A stretch of DNA of 20,000 nt from an uncultured virus (IMG/VR IMGVR_UViG_3300034104_001787) (IMGVR_UViG_3300034104_001787); one strand, 5' to 3'; positions 1 through 9,163 are shown, counted from the stretch's first letter. The notes: a model not told the origin generated them from the sequence alone. A program made the numbers and translations.

Positions 1-359
1 ACGTCATACAGCTTGCACTCTATTTGAATAGGGAAGGTTTTGATTTTAGGCATATGCTCTAAGAACGGCCTATAGAAATCCTTGATAGCATTAACAATCT
101 TAACTCGTATGATAGGTGTACTTAGACCAGAATAGAAATCCTGACCGTTGATACGCTTGTATCTTGGATTGTTTACACTCTTGGAGTTCTTCACTATAGG
201 TTGCCCATCAGGACCACACAACCTTCCCTTAGAATCGTATCCGTATGCTTGATACTTCTTAGGGATTTTGTCAGTTTTAGAGAAGTACTTCGGTCTCCTA
301 CTATTACTCATCTTAACCTGAGTAATGTAGTTTGGCATTTCAATGGTTATGATATTCAT
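1..359 (-). CDS. Partial (3' end outside window) conserved phage protein, possibly a RusA-like Holliday junction resolvase
   Basis: Not in the ORF track. Manual translation from ATG 359 is open to the window edge: MNIITIEMPNYITQVKMSNSRRPKYFSK...RYKRINGQDFYSG...IKDFYRPFL...FPIQIECKLYD. The last part resembles the segment preceding the RusA catalytic DxDN motif, which would lie outside the window. Confidence 0.5.
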   Translation of the reverse strand, partial: MNIITIEMPNYITQVKMSNSRRPKYFSKTDKIPKKYQAYGYDSKGRLCGPDGQPIVKNSKSVNNPRYKRINGQDFYSGLSTPIIRVKIVNAIKDFYRPFLEHMPKIKTFPIQIECKLYD

Positions 360-1326
360 CTAATAGCCAAGATATGGTAGAAGCTACATATGATTTACCG
401 TGTAGCTTTACTAAGTCGCTGATATCTTTTGCTCCATAGTTCGTGGTCGCGAAACGCCCGTTAGTTAGGAACAAGGGCGAAATATCGAATTTTTTACGCA
501 TGTAGTTTGCCATCTTGATACCCGCTCTATCGAAATCGTAGAGGGAATAGACAAACTTGCTTTTCGATTTGATACCTTCAATCCACTCAGGATCGGGGTA
601 GACGGACTCACTCTGTGGGGCAACAGCGGTAATACCAAACTCGTGTAAGACCAGTACATCCTTCATACTCTTGGTGATTATAGTACCTTTACTATAATCC
701 CTTGGAATATGCTCACCTTGTACAACAGTGCAGTTACATATAAATCTACTTCCTTTTCTAAACGGGAAGTAAATTTTGTAGTCTCCTCCACCAAACCAGT
801 AGGCATAAGCTACGTCGCTCTTCTGGAAGTTGTAAACGATTTTACCGTTGACCCAGACGTTGCTTACAGGATACACGTGAAACATCCGAAGGGTATCTTT
901 TGATACACCGAAGGAAGTCCAGTATAACTTATCTACTTCTTCAAAGTCCCTCCTCTTAATTTGGATTGCGGTATGTTCCTTGTGCATCTCTTCAGGAGTG
1001 ATATACTCTATACGAGGCACAGGGTTGTTTGTATGTAGACCAAAATCCTCTACGATAAGAGAGAGTGTTTCGTTGTAACTGAGATTAAACTTCTCCATTA
1101 CAAGCTTGAAACAACCAGCTACATATCCTGTAGCAAAGTCCTTGAATAATAGGTCGCCTTGTTTGGTATAGAAGAATCCGCAACTTGGATTTTTATCCTG
1201 CCGTAATGGAGAAGTAATCCGCTTGTGAAGTTCAACCCTCACTTGCAGATACTTCTCCATTATTTGTTCTTGCGACAGGCGCGTCAGGATAAAATCTTTA
1301 GTTATGTCCGGACGCAGCGTATACAT
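340..1326 (-). CDS. dnaG: DNA primase, crAss-like DnaG/TOPRIM type
   Basis: N-terminal SPLRxDKNPSC...FKDFATG (degenerate Zn-binding domain), TOPRIM IITKSMKDV and YDFDRAG, C-terminal KDISD; typical crAss-like primase signature. Confidence 0.9.
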   Translation of the reverse strand: MYTLRPDITKDFILTRLSQEQIMEKYLQVRVELHKRITSPLRQDKNPSCGFFYTKQGDLLFKDFATGYVAGCFKLVMEKFNLSYNETLSLIVEDFGLHTNNPVPRIEYITPEEMHKEHTAIQIKRRDFEEVDKLYWTSFGVSKDTLRMFHVYPVSNVWVNGKIVYNFQKSDVAYAYWFGGGDYKIYFPFRKGSRFICNCTVVQGEHIPRDYSKGTIITKSMKDVLVLHEFGITAVAPQSESVYPDPEWIEGIKSKSKFVYSLYDFDRAGIKMANYMRKKFDISPLFLTNGRFATTNYGAKDISDLVKLHGKSYVASTISWLLDEYHNH

Positions 1327-1952
1327 TACCAGGGTGCGCTATCCAACTCAGCACTGGTGGTTGAGTCGAATACAGAAGTGTGCGATTCAATAGTATCAGG
1401 TACTGGTGGGGTAACATTATCCCACTCAGGGTTGATAGTAAGCCGAGAAACCTCACTCATATTTTGAATGAAGGGAGCCACCGCACGCTTAGGGAAGGTA
1501 GTATATGCGCTGTTCTTCTTGTAGATCGTCTTGATACGTACAGGAACATTGTTATACGTCTGTCCCAACAGCTTGATGATGCCGTTAGCAAACTCTTCAA
1601 ACGTCTGAGCGTGGAATACACACTTGTCTTTTGGGATATAGCAAGACAGGATATGCTTGATACGCTCGCCTTGGCTTTGAAACTCTTGCTTCACATACCG
1701 CTCGGCATCATCCTTCGACTTCGACCATCCCTTAGCAGCTTGCAAGCGGGATTCATAGTCGATAGGAAACTCGATATGGGTGAAGGTAGCTCCGTTACTA
1801 TCCGCAAAGACAAACTTCAGCACCTTCTGTCCAGTGCCATCTGTCTTGAGGTGATCATACGTAACATCTTTCAGCAAGACGTTCTCTGTAATACCAGCTT
1901 GAATCTTAGATCCACCAGAGCTGGTGTTTGTGCTTTCATCGAATCCGTACAT
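1326..1952 (-). CDS. Putative single-stranded DNA-binding protein (DUF669-like OB fold)
   Basis: Beta-rich N-terminal half (LKFVFADSNGATFTHIEF) and acidic/aromatic C-terminal tail (TSAELDSAPW); directly downstream of a Sak4-like ATPase; TAATG overlap with primase. Confidence 0.6.
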   Translation of the reverse strand: MYGFDESTNTSSGGSKIQAGITENVLLKDVTYDHLKTDGTGQKVLKFVFADSNGATFTHIEFPIDYESRLQAAKGWSKSKDDAERYVKQEFQSQGERIKHILSCYIPKDKCVFHAQTFEEFANGIIKLLGQTYNNVPVRIKTIYKKNSAYTTFPKRAVAPFIQNMSEVSRLTINPEWDNVTPPVPDTIESHTSVFDSTTSAELDSAPW

Positions 1953-1954
1953 AG

Positions 1955-2650
1955 TCAGTTATTTTTAATTAGATCAGGGTATATCTCAGACCAATTCAAT
2001 TCCATCAGTTGATTTGCAAGACGTGGAATACGACATCCCGCATCGGTGTTTTGTCCCGTACGGAAATCAATCATCAGCTTGCCTTCAGCGTTGCGTGTAA
2101 TACGTCCTACGCCATCCATAATAGAGCAGAGATGGGTCTTTAACTTACCAGTCAAAGCCACCTTCTCCACCTCGATTTGTTCCTCACCATGACCATCCTT
2201 CTGATGGCCTACAATGATGAGCTTATTGGCGATTTTAGCAAAGGTTTCTACCACAGCAATCGTTTGGTTACGTGCCATAGCCCAGCCCTTGCCGTGTGGT
2301 AAATCACCGATAGATTGTACCCTATGCTTGGCACAGATCTCTTCGGTAACCCACGCTTCGATATGATCGATAGTATCGATTACGATAAAATCAAACTTAT
2401 CTTGTTGTGCAGTAATGTACTTATGCACCTCACGCAGCGTAGGCAAATCACCTACGATAACGCTGTATGCACCTGTACAGAAACTTGTTCCACCTACGGG
2501 AACTCCATCCTTAGTCCCCTTGATTTCTGTATCTATGATAAGGTGCTTTGGTAACGCTGCAATAGCTGTCGTCTTACCAACCTTAGGCTTACCATAGATA
2601 AACAATCTATGAGGACTCGGGGCTGCCTCTTGTAATCGTGGTTCAATCAT
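1955..2650 (-). CDS. AAA_24 / Sak4-like ATPase (single-strand annealing recombinase)
   Basis: Walker A LFIYGKPKVGKTT, IIDTE, Walker B FIVIDTID, GKGW, LIIVGH motifs; ATG at 2650 preferred over TTG 2656. Confidence 0.8.
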   Translation of the reverse strand: MIEPRLQEAAPSPHRLFIYGKPKVGKTTAIAALPKHLIIDTEIKGTKDGVPVGGTSFCTGAYSVIVGDLPTLREVHKYITAQQDKFDFIVIDTIDHIEAWVTEEICAKHRVQSIGDLPHGKGWAMARNQTIAVVETFAKIANKLIIVGHQKDGHGEEQIEVEKVALTGKLKTHLCSIMDGVGRITRNAEGKLMIDFRTGQNTDAGCRIPRLANQLMELNWSEIYPDLIKNN

Positions 2651-2999
2651 CTTCAAATGTGCTAAAATGTTTATCTATTACATTGATTAAATGCTTGTTC
2701 AATCTCTTCCTCAACCAAAGGTAGCACTCACCCGCTTCTATGCCGTTCACTTTGAGTAGCGATATGCTTGGAGGTAAGAAGACTTGATCAAAGGGTTCAA
2801 TCTTAACCGTATTCATTAGGGGCCGGAAAGTTATTACTTCATTCTCAGATATAAAGAAGTAAGTTACTTCTGTATCTAATTGTGGCTCGTAATGATTGGT
2901 TATTGTAGGGGACTTATATACATCTCCTACATACACTTGTAGATTCTCATATGGAAAATCCACGTCGGGGACTTTGAGTTGCCTGAGGTTGAGTGTCAT
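2643..2999 (-). CDS. Hypothetical protein
   Basis: Fills the gap between DnaB and the AAA ATPase in the operon direction; start could be 3017 or 2999. Confidence 0.6.
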   Translation of the reverse strand: MTLNLRQLKVPDVDFPYENLQVYVGDVYKSPTITNHYEPQLDTEVTYFFISENEVITFRPLMNTVKIEPFDQVFLPPSISLLKVNGIEAGECYLWLRKRLNKHLINVIDKHFSTFEDD

Positions 3000-3930
3000 A
3001 CTCTTCGAAGCTTCCATTCTTTAAATTGTTTGTAAGTAGCGTCAAGGCTGTTTGCCCGTGCCTGTTCTTTAGGCAGTGCAAAGCCACAAGGTTTTGTGTT
3101 GGTATATTTCTACGTCCGTAATACTCTAACCCCAACAGGCTTGGTTGGTGAATGACGAGCACACAATCTGCTGCGTGATACAACTGTTTAGAACCGTGTA
3201 TGTCGGTCTTCATAGGGTAATGCAGGTTGGGCACGTCAGGATCTCTACGCCTATCTCCTTCTATCTTATCGTTTAGCTGAGAAAGCAATAATACCATTGC
3301 ACCATATCTCTTACGAATCTCAATACACATCTTGCCTAACTCCGCCAGAGTTTGGATCTCGTCTTCTCCCTGTACAGGAGCAACCAAGAGTGTATGGTCT
3401 AAACAGATTACATAGTGGGAGTCAGGGTTATCGTCGACAAATTTCTTAATCGTCTTGGCAATCTGAATCCTGTTACCGGGGTTCTCTACGAAGTATAAAT
3501 CGGGCTCTTTAATCTTCCCTAACCTATCGTATATAAGAGCCTTCTCGGTATCGTTCAGTCGCAAGTCCGCCTTCAGAATTTTATCCAGCCCGACCGTAGA
3601 CAAAGCACTAATCCGCCTAATCAATTCCATCTCAGCACTCATCTCGAAGCTGAAGTGTAGGATCTTCAAAGGCTTTTTAAATTCATTAAACACAGGAGAA
3701 GTAAAGTCCCTCATAAGGTTATTGAGGAACATACTCTTGCCGTGTCCTGATGCACCTGCAACGACATAGACCATCCCAAACTGCAAGCCACCAAGAAGCA
3801 TATCATTTACCTTCTTCCAGCGGGTCTTTAGTACAGGGACAGTACCATCCATGTACGATTCTATGGTAGACGTAGTAGTGACTACCACCTCATCCATAGA
3901 TCGTATTGGTAGTTCAAAGGAGTCGGTCAT
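2947..3930 (-). CDS. dnaB: DnaB-like replicative (SF4) helicase, ATPase domain only
   Basis: H1 VVAGASGHGKS, H1a FSFEMSAE, H2 ICLDHTLL, H3 LLSQLN, H4 GSKQLYHAADCV and KNRHG; likely start ATG 3930 (MTDSFELP). Confidence 0.92.
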   Translation of the reverse strand: MTDSFELPIRSMDEVVVTTTSTIESYMDGTVPVLKTRWKKVNDMLLGGLQFGMVYVVAGASGHGKSMFLNNLMRDFTSPVFNEFKKPLKILHFSFEMSAEMELIRRISALSTVGLDKILKADLRLNDTEKALIYDRLGKIKEPDLYFVENPGNRIQIAKTIKKFVDDNPDSHYVICLDHTLLVAPVQGEDEIQTLAELGKMCIEIRKRYGAMVLLLSQLNDKIEGDRRRDPDVPNLHYPMKTDIHGSKQLYHAADCVLVIHQPSLLGLEYYGRRNIPTQNLVALHCLKNRHGQTALTLLTNNLKNGSFEEYDTQPQATQSPRRGFSI

Positions 3931-4471
3931 GGGGCATATCTTCTTGAGTTTCTGCATCCATCAGTTTGCAGACATCAATATATGCTTCAGACATCAGCCA
4001 TTTGTCGATACGAATTGCAATCAGTTTATTATCAATAGCATACTTCAAAGCACCAATAATCATATCGTGCTTCTCTTGAGTAACAATAGTTTGGTGATAC
4101 TTCTTCACCAACTCTTCTTTGTTTACCCCTTTAGCAGGAATCTTCTTATTGTTGATTGTGATGTAGCCGGGATATAACTCCCAGAACTCTTCTGCATTTC
4201 TCATAGTAGCGTCATAAAAGAGGGTGACAAACTTCTCTGTAGGTTCATAGTAGTCGGCATATACACTACGCACATTGACATTTGTATTGATAATTAGACC
4301 TTTAGATTCTAAATCATCAATCATATCGGCGGTAAAGTAATGGCCCTCATTGGCAACCTTATAGAGCAAGTCGTATCGCTTTTCATAGAGGATCTGCATA
4401 AAGAAGATCTGCATAGGAGAGATATCCAACTTGATAATAATGTCAACGTACTTGTCGATGGGATGTATCAT
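3914..4471 (-). CDS. Putative replication initiator / helicase loader (wHTH plus 'FWxxYP' domain)
   Basis: wHTH-like IDDLESKGLI and AEEFWELYP, a motif typical of phage replisome-organizer C-terminal domains; overlaps the dnaB start. Confidence 0.5.
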   Translation of the reverse strand: MIHPIDKYVDIIIKLDISPMQIFFMQILYEKRYDLLYKVANEGHYFTADMIDDLESKGLIINTNVNVRSVYADYYEPTEKFVTLFYDATMRNAEEFWELYPGYITINNKKIPAKGVNKEELVKKYHQTIVTQEKHDMIIGALKYAIDNKLIAIRIDKWLMSEAYIDVCKLMDAETQEDMPHDRLL

Positions 4472-4474
4472 AGC

Positions 4475-5722
4475 TTAATCTTTAAATGGTAAAGGGTCTT
4501 TAAGTAGGTTATCTCCGATATGTTCGATAGCCTCTTCTACAGAATGCACCCAGATTACGTTCGTCGTTTTGGTTTGACGGGCCTTAAGCCAAGTAAAATC
4601 CTGAGTGTCTTTAAGATAGAGGTTGATGATATATCCGGTCTTTCCTTCCTTAAATCTAATGGCTCGACCCGTTCTTTGCAAGTCCTGTCGAGGAACAGAA
4701 GTGCCAGAACATACAATAGCCATCTCTATACCATCTACATCAAAGCCCTCATCTAAAGCACGAGCAGTATGCAAAATACGCATATCGGTACGAGGGTCAG
4801 CAAACTGTTTGAGGATGCTGTGTCGTGCGGCTTTAGAGAGTTTGCTATGATAGGCAGCACTATAGGGTTGCGTACGTTTGTTGATCTCCGAAGCGAAGTC
4901 TACGCTCTCTCCAAAGGTTATCATAGGCACGTCATAGGTGCTGATAAGTTGTCGAGCAGCATTCATCTTCGTCTCGGACTTGTAGATCAAATCCATACGG
5001 TCTCTCATAGCTTTATTCCAAGCCCTTGCTTTACCTATAATCTCATTCTCCTCCCATCCGGGCATATTCTTTTTGAATATGCTACGGTAGATAGGATCCT
5101 TGAGACATTTCATAGCCGTAGTGAAGTTGTTATTGAACAAAGCAAAATGCTCGTAGTAGGTATCTGTAATCTTCTTGTACTGGATAGCTTCTTTCTCGCT
5201 CATCCGTAGGCCGATGTTGATTACAGAGAACTTAGATACATAGTTGTTCTTTACAGCTTCATTCAGGCTAATCGTATCAATAACAGGAGCATACCTTTCG
5301 ATGATAAAGTGCCGCGAATCATCTCGCTCTAACGTAGCTGTTAGGCCGAGGATATGGCGGTACTTGATTACATCGAAGACAGTTTTAAAGACATCGGAAG
5401 TATAGTTATGTACCTCGTCAAGAATAAGGAGGTCGCAGTCGATACGGCTTTTAACTACCGTATTGATTACAACTACTTGGGTATTGACGATACCTAACTT
5501 GTTAATCTGTTTCGTCCATTGGTCTTTCAGATTGACAGTAGGCACAACGACTACAGCGGTTCCTCCGTGTAGCTTCTCGTTCAGGTCTTGAAGAATAAGC
5601 AGGGCTACAAAGGTTTTCCCGAAGCCTGTTACAGCTTCAAGAGTTCCCTTGCGCCCTGCCTTAGTCCACCTATCTATTACTTCTTGTTGTCTTTTGAGTC
5701 GGCGGCTATCAATTTTTTCCAT
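4475..5722 (-). CDS. Superfamily 2 (DExH, ResIII/XPB-like) helicase
   Basis: Q-motif RQQE, motif I AVTGFGKT, Ia VVVPT, II LILDEVH, III GLTAT, V LDEGFDV, VI QRTGRAIR. Confidence 0.92.
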   Translation of the reverse strand: MEKIDSRRLKRQQEVIDRWTKAGRKGTLEAVTGFGKTFVALLILQDLNEKLHGGTAVVVVPTVNLKDQWTKQINKLGIVNTQVVVINTVVKSRIDCDLLILDEVHNYTSDVFKTVFDVIKYRHILGLTATLERDDSRHFIIERYAPVIDTISLNEAVKNNYVSKFSVINIGLRMSEKEAIQYKKITDTYYEHFALFNNNFTTAMKCLKDPIYRSIFKKNMPGWEENEIIGKARAWNKAMRDRMDLIYKSETKMNAARQLISTYDVPMITFGESVDFASEINKRTQPYSAAYHSKLSKAARHSILKQFADPRTDMRILHTARALDEGFDVDGIEMAIVCSGTSVPRQDLQRTGRAIRFKEGKTGYIINLYLKDTQDFTWLKARQTKTTNVIWVHSVEEAIEHIGDNLLKDPLPFKD

Positions 5723-6492
5723 TAAACCACCAACGACGGCTCCAATCCCATCTCTTCGACAAACCAGTTACTCAAGTCAGCGTGACGCCTCACATACTCA
5801 GAAGGAACAGAACGCTTCAAAGCTTCTGTAGCGTTGTTGTATAGCTGCCAAGCGGTGCCCTTTAACTCCTGAATATCCTGCGACCTATTCTCCAACATAG
5901 CAAAGTCCTTGTTGGTAGCAATAGATTCAAGGAAAGAAGACATCATATGGGGCGACAGCAGGTTCTTCAGGTAGGCATCACCTACGAATGTAGAAGCTAC
6001 ATCATAGTTGACTTCGATCTGCTGCAACTGTTCAGCCAGTTTCATAGCACGGTTGTATTCGCTATCCATCTCTTCGATAATATCCATGATATTACAAGTG
6101 AGATCTTCGTTGACAGAACCGCTATGCTTACGGCGGTAGGTCTGATTCTCTGAGAGGAACACACCGTTACTACATACACGAACCATAGCACCCGCAGTAA
6201 ACGTAACCTTCTTGGTCTTGTTGTAGCTGTTGAGGAACGCTACACTACGGTGCATAGGGCTGTTGTAATCTGAAGGCTTAGAGACTCGCATCACACCAAG
6301 GCAGACCTGACCATTCAAAGCAAGGCTATACTGCTCAGCTTCGATATTAAATCCAGCGGCATTGAGGTTGCCTGTAATAGCTTGGTGAAGAGAGCGATTA
6401 CTTACAGGACGGTAATAGTTCGTTGCTTGTGGAACTGGTACACTAAAGATCACTTCTGGATCACTGGTACGGAGGATTGATTTCGTACTCAT
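5722..6492 (-). CDS. DUF932/DUF945-like protein
   Basis: YRPVSN, FLNSYNKT...AGAMVRVCSNG, RKHSG and TAWQLYNNATEAL match the family pattern (NS.d...G.fr.vC.NG; t.W.lyNa.TE). Confidence 0.7.
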   Translation of the reverse strand: MSTKSILRTSDPEVIFSVPVPQATNYYRPVSNRSLHQAITGNLNAAGFNIEAEQYSLALNGQVCLGVMRVSKPSDYNSPMHRSVAFLNSYNKTKKVTFTAGAMVRVCSNGVFLSENQTYRRKHSGSVNEDLTCNIMDIIEEMDSEYNRAMKLAEQLQQIEVNYDVASTFVGDAYLKNLLSPHMMSSFLESIATNKDFAMLENRSQDIQELKGTAWQLYNNATEALKRSVPSEYVRRHADLSNWFVEEMGLEPSLVV

Positions 6493-6698
6493 TTCTCTTT
6501 CTTTAAAAGGTTTAGAACAGTTGTAATGCTTTTTATTTGAGACATAATTAAAAGTTTTCCTTCTTCACTGATTTGTTCTTCTGAATCAAGAAAATCTTTT
6601 AAGTCTTGCTGATGAGTGGCCCAGTAGCCGTATCTCTCCTCTAAAGTTAAGGAATAATAGGGTACGTGAGCGCGTTTTTTAGGATGTGATAGACTCAT
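6489..6698 (-). CDS. Hypothetical protein (69 aa)
   Basis: ATGA overlaps with both neighbours, consistent with translational coupling. Confidence 0.7.
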   Translation of the reverse strand: MSLSHPKKRAHVPYYSLTLEERYGYWATHQQDLKDFLDSEEQISEEGKLLIMSQIKSITTVLNLLKKEK

Positions 6699-8572
6699 TT
6701 ACTCCAATGTTGTGTGATGTTGACTTCTGCTTTAAGTAAGTCATTCTTAATAACATAGCGTGCTGCTTCTTCCATAAGATCTTGCAGAATCTGTTTCCAT
6801 TCTTCTGCGTGGTCGGGATGGCAAATCGTGTCTATCTGGTCGTGTACAGCGAGGACAAGCTTGGCTGGATAGTTATTCTTTTTGATATAGTTATATACCA
6901 AAACCATTGCGTGCTTAGTCATATCAGCTGCGGTACCTTGGATAGGGGTATTCTTTGCCTGACGTTCAATCTTACCTCGGATAGCCATAGGCATATTGTA
7001 GGGTTCCCAATCTGGGAACCACCTCTTACGTGAATAAGGAGGGAAGGTTTCTATATATCCTCTCTTGATAGCAGACTTGGACATATTATCCAAGAACTTC
7101 TTGATAGATGGAAACGCTTTGAAGTATTTGTCGATGAGTTCAGAGGCTTCCTCCATAGGAATTTCCATCTGCTCCGATAACTTCTTAGGCCCCATACCAT
7201 ACGCCAAGCCGAAGTTGATTCCCTTTACCACGTTACGTAACTGCTTATGTCTCTTGCAGTTACACTTGATTCTATACTTTACAAAGTCGCAGTCCTCTTC
7301 TGCAGAGTCCACCCATTCCTGACCAAAGACCAACTCGCCACATACAGAGTGCAAATCTTGCCCCTTACTAAGTGCCGAAAGGAATACAGGATCCTGTGAA
7401 CCATAAGCGATAATACATAGCTCCTGAGAAGAATAATCACCAGACACAAATACCCACTCGCTCCCAGAAGTAAAACAATTTCGATAGGTGTTATCAGAAG
7501 GTATCTGCTGAAGGTTAGGCTCCCTACACGAAGCACGGCCTGTAGATACCATCTGAACAAAGTTGGGATGGATCTTCCCGTCAGAATATATATGCTCTAA
7601 AAACGACGTACCAAACGAACTGGCTTTCTTGCTCTTCTCCCTATAGTCCTGAAGGATAGATGCCAACTTATGCTTCCTCTTTAGCTTGTGCAATACCTGA
7701 TCCGAAGTAGCAAGTATCTTCCTATCTATACACTGGAAGATCTGCAACGTAGTAGAGGTACTATTCCAGTTGTACCTATGAGTGCCCATAACATTCTCAG
7801 AAGAGAACATATCAAGCTGTATAGCCGTAGGACGTACAGATTCAAACAAAGGGTCTGTAGCCACTATCTCATTCATCTCAATCTCTATATCCTTTGCCTC
7901 TTGCTCTATGATAGCAACCTGCTTCTTCCACTGTTCTACATCTAACGTGATACCATTGTATTCCATCTCCGTAAAAGCAAGTACAGACGCATTCTCTAAC
8001 ATAGCCAAGAGAGATAGATTACTCTCTTGCATAGCCTCCATCTGCTGGTGCATGATATGTGGCAAATACGCTATGTCTAATGCGGCATAACTGAGTTGCT
8101 GAGATGATAGTGTACTATTAGGTTTGAACGATGTCTGTGCTTGTTTGCTGAGAGACACGTTACAGTATCGCTGTACTACGGCTTTGAGGTTATTGCGTAC
8201 GTTGGTACCTGCTGTGAGTATCTGTTCACATATGAAGGTATCGTACACTTGGTTGGGTTGAAGGCCTTGCTTGATGAGGAACTTGAGGTCGAACTTGAGG
8301 TTGTGTCCTACGAGGATTTTGGCGTTGTTGAGTAGCTTGATAAGGGCATCGACCCTACGCTGATCGTTATCTATGACGAAGATGTACTGGTTGGAATCGT
8401 TATGAGATACCTGTACTGTTACTATAGAATCTTGTAGGAAGTTGAGGCCAGTAGTTTCTATGTCGATATAGAGGATAGATGCTTTGGATAGTTCTTCGTA
8501 GGCTGTTATGAATGATATGGGTTGGAATTGTGTCTCGTCAGGAGTTTCAGTTCTACCGATAATATAAATCAT
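6695..8572 (-). CDS. polA: Family A DNA polymerase (3'-5' exonuclease plus polymerase; no 5'-3' exonuclease)
   Basis: ExoI YIDIETTG, ExoII GHNLKFD, ExoIII YAALD; TGRASCREPNLQQIP; motif A DYSSQEL; motif B RNVVKGINFGLAYG; NTPIQGTAAD; motif C VHDQI. Likely start ATG 8572, because the upstream extension runs through a hairpin. Confidence 0.96.
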   Translation of the reverse strand: MIYIIGRTETPDETQFQPISFITAYEELSKASILYIDIETTGLNFLQDSIVTVQVSHNDSNQYIFVIDNDQRRVDALIKLLNNAKILVGHNLKFDLKFLIKQGLQPNQVYDTFICEQILTAGTNVRNNLKAVVQRYCNVSLSKQAQTSFKPNSTLSSQQLSYAALDIAYLPHIMHQQMEAMQESNLSLLAMLENASVLAFTEMEYNGITLDVEQWKKQVAIIEQEAKDIEIEMNEIVATDPLFESVRPTAIQLDMFSSENVMGTHRYNWNSTSTTLQIFQCIDRKILATSDQVLHKLKRKHKLASILQDYREKSKKASSFGTSFLEHIYSDGKIHPNFVQMVSTGRASCREPNLQQIPSDNTYRNCFTSGSEWVFVSGDYSSQELCIIAYGSQDPVFLSALSKGQDLHSVCGELVFGQEWVDSAEEDCDFVKYRIKCNCKRHKQLRNVVKGINFGLAYGMGPKKLSEQMEIPMEEASELIDKYFKAFPSIKKFLDNMSKSAIKRGYIETFPPYSRKRWFPDWEPYNMPMAIRGKIERQAKNTPIQGTAADMTKHAMVLVYNYIKKNNYPAKLVLAVHDQIDTICHPDHAEEWKQILQDLMEEAARYVIKNDLLKAEVNITQHWSK

Positions 8573-8601
8573 TGCGATATTGATTGCCCACGAAGGTAGG
8601 G

Positions 8602-8637
8602 AGAAGGAAGTGCCTCTGTGTAGAGACACCTCCTTCT
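8602..8637 (-). terminator. 16-bp stem-loop (terminator, stabiliser or RNase III site) between the 153-aa gene and polA
   Basis: Minus strand AGAAGGAGGUGUCUCU-ACAC-AGAGGCACUUCCUUCU; the two mismatches are G-U pairs only on the minus strand; no U-tract. Confidence 0.6.
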
Positions 8638-8651
8638 TTCCTTAGATGTGG

Positions 8652-9113
8652 TTAGACCTTGATGGCGCGACGTGTAGCGATGGTCGGCACGGGGATAGCG
8701 TGCAGCTTATCGGTGAGGGTGTGTCCTGCCTTTTCGAAAGCTGCGGAGATAGCTGTCTCGAAGGCTGGGCTTTGGGGATCACCTGCTACGAAGATGGTAG
8801 CATACTCACGTACGTCGCCATTGATGGTGTATGGCGATACCTTACGACGGACGATTTGTCCTTGCACGACCATATCGACTTTGGCATTGTACATCCAGTC
8901 GGGCACAGCAGAGGTGTCGTCAGCGTCGTACAGGTAGGGGACTTTATATCCGATAGCACGAACTGTGGTGGAGGGAGCAAGGACTTGGTGGATCTCTCCT
9001 GTGGTGGGATCGATAAAGGTTTCGTTACCCATCGTCTGGAGAGTCACACGGTTGTACTCACGACCATTCTTGTCTACTTGGAAATCTGTTGCAATTACTT
9101 TGACGTAATTCAT
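8652..9113 (-). CDS. Hypothetical protein, possibly an OB-fold nucleic-acid-binding protein
   Basis: 153 aa, beta-rich (VKVIAT...DKNGREYNRVTLQT), AT-rich leader, followed by a strong hairpin. Confidence 0.7.
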   Translation of the reverse strand: MNYVKVIATDFQVDKNGREYNRVTLQTMGNETFIDPTTGEIHQVLAPSTTVRAIGYKVPYLYDADDTSAVPDWMYNAKVDMVVQGQIVRRKVSPYTINGDVREYATIFVAGDPQSPAFETAISAAFEKAGHTLTDKLHAIPVPTIATRRAIKV

Positions 9114-9163
9114 AATAAAGAGGGATTAAAGGATTAAATTAGGGCCAACAAAAATCTTTTGGT

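Noticed and set aside
1380..2012. 210-aa + strand ORF, and similar antisense ORFs at 4769-5209, 8646-9137 and 19607-19981
   Set aside because: Shadow ORFs opposite well-supported genes; no motifs or initiation context.
8277..8303. Short direct repeat GAACTTGAGGT x2
   Set aside because: Encodes NLKFDLKF of the PolA ExoII motif; a coding coincidence.
8573..8629. N-terminal extension of PolA given in the ORF track
   Set aside because: Starts at GTG inside a 16-bp hairpin; ATG 8572 gives a normal exonuclease-domain start.
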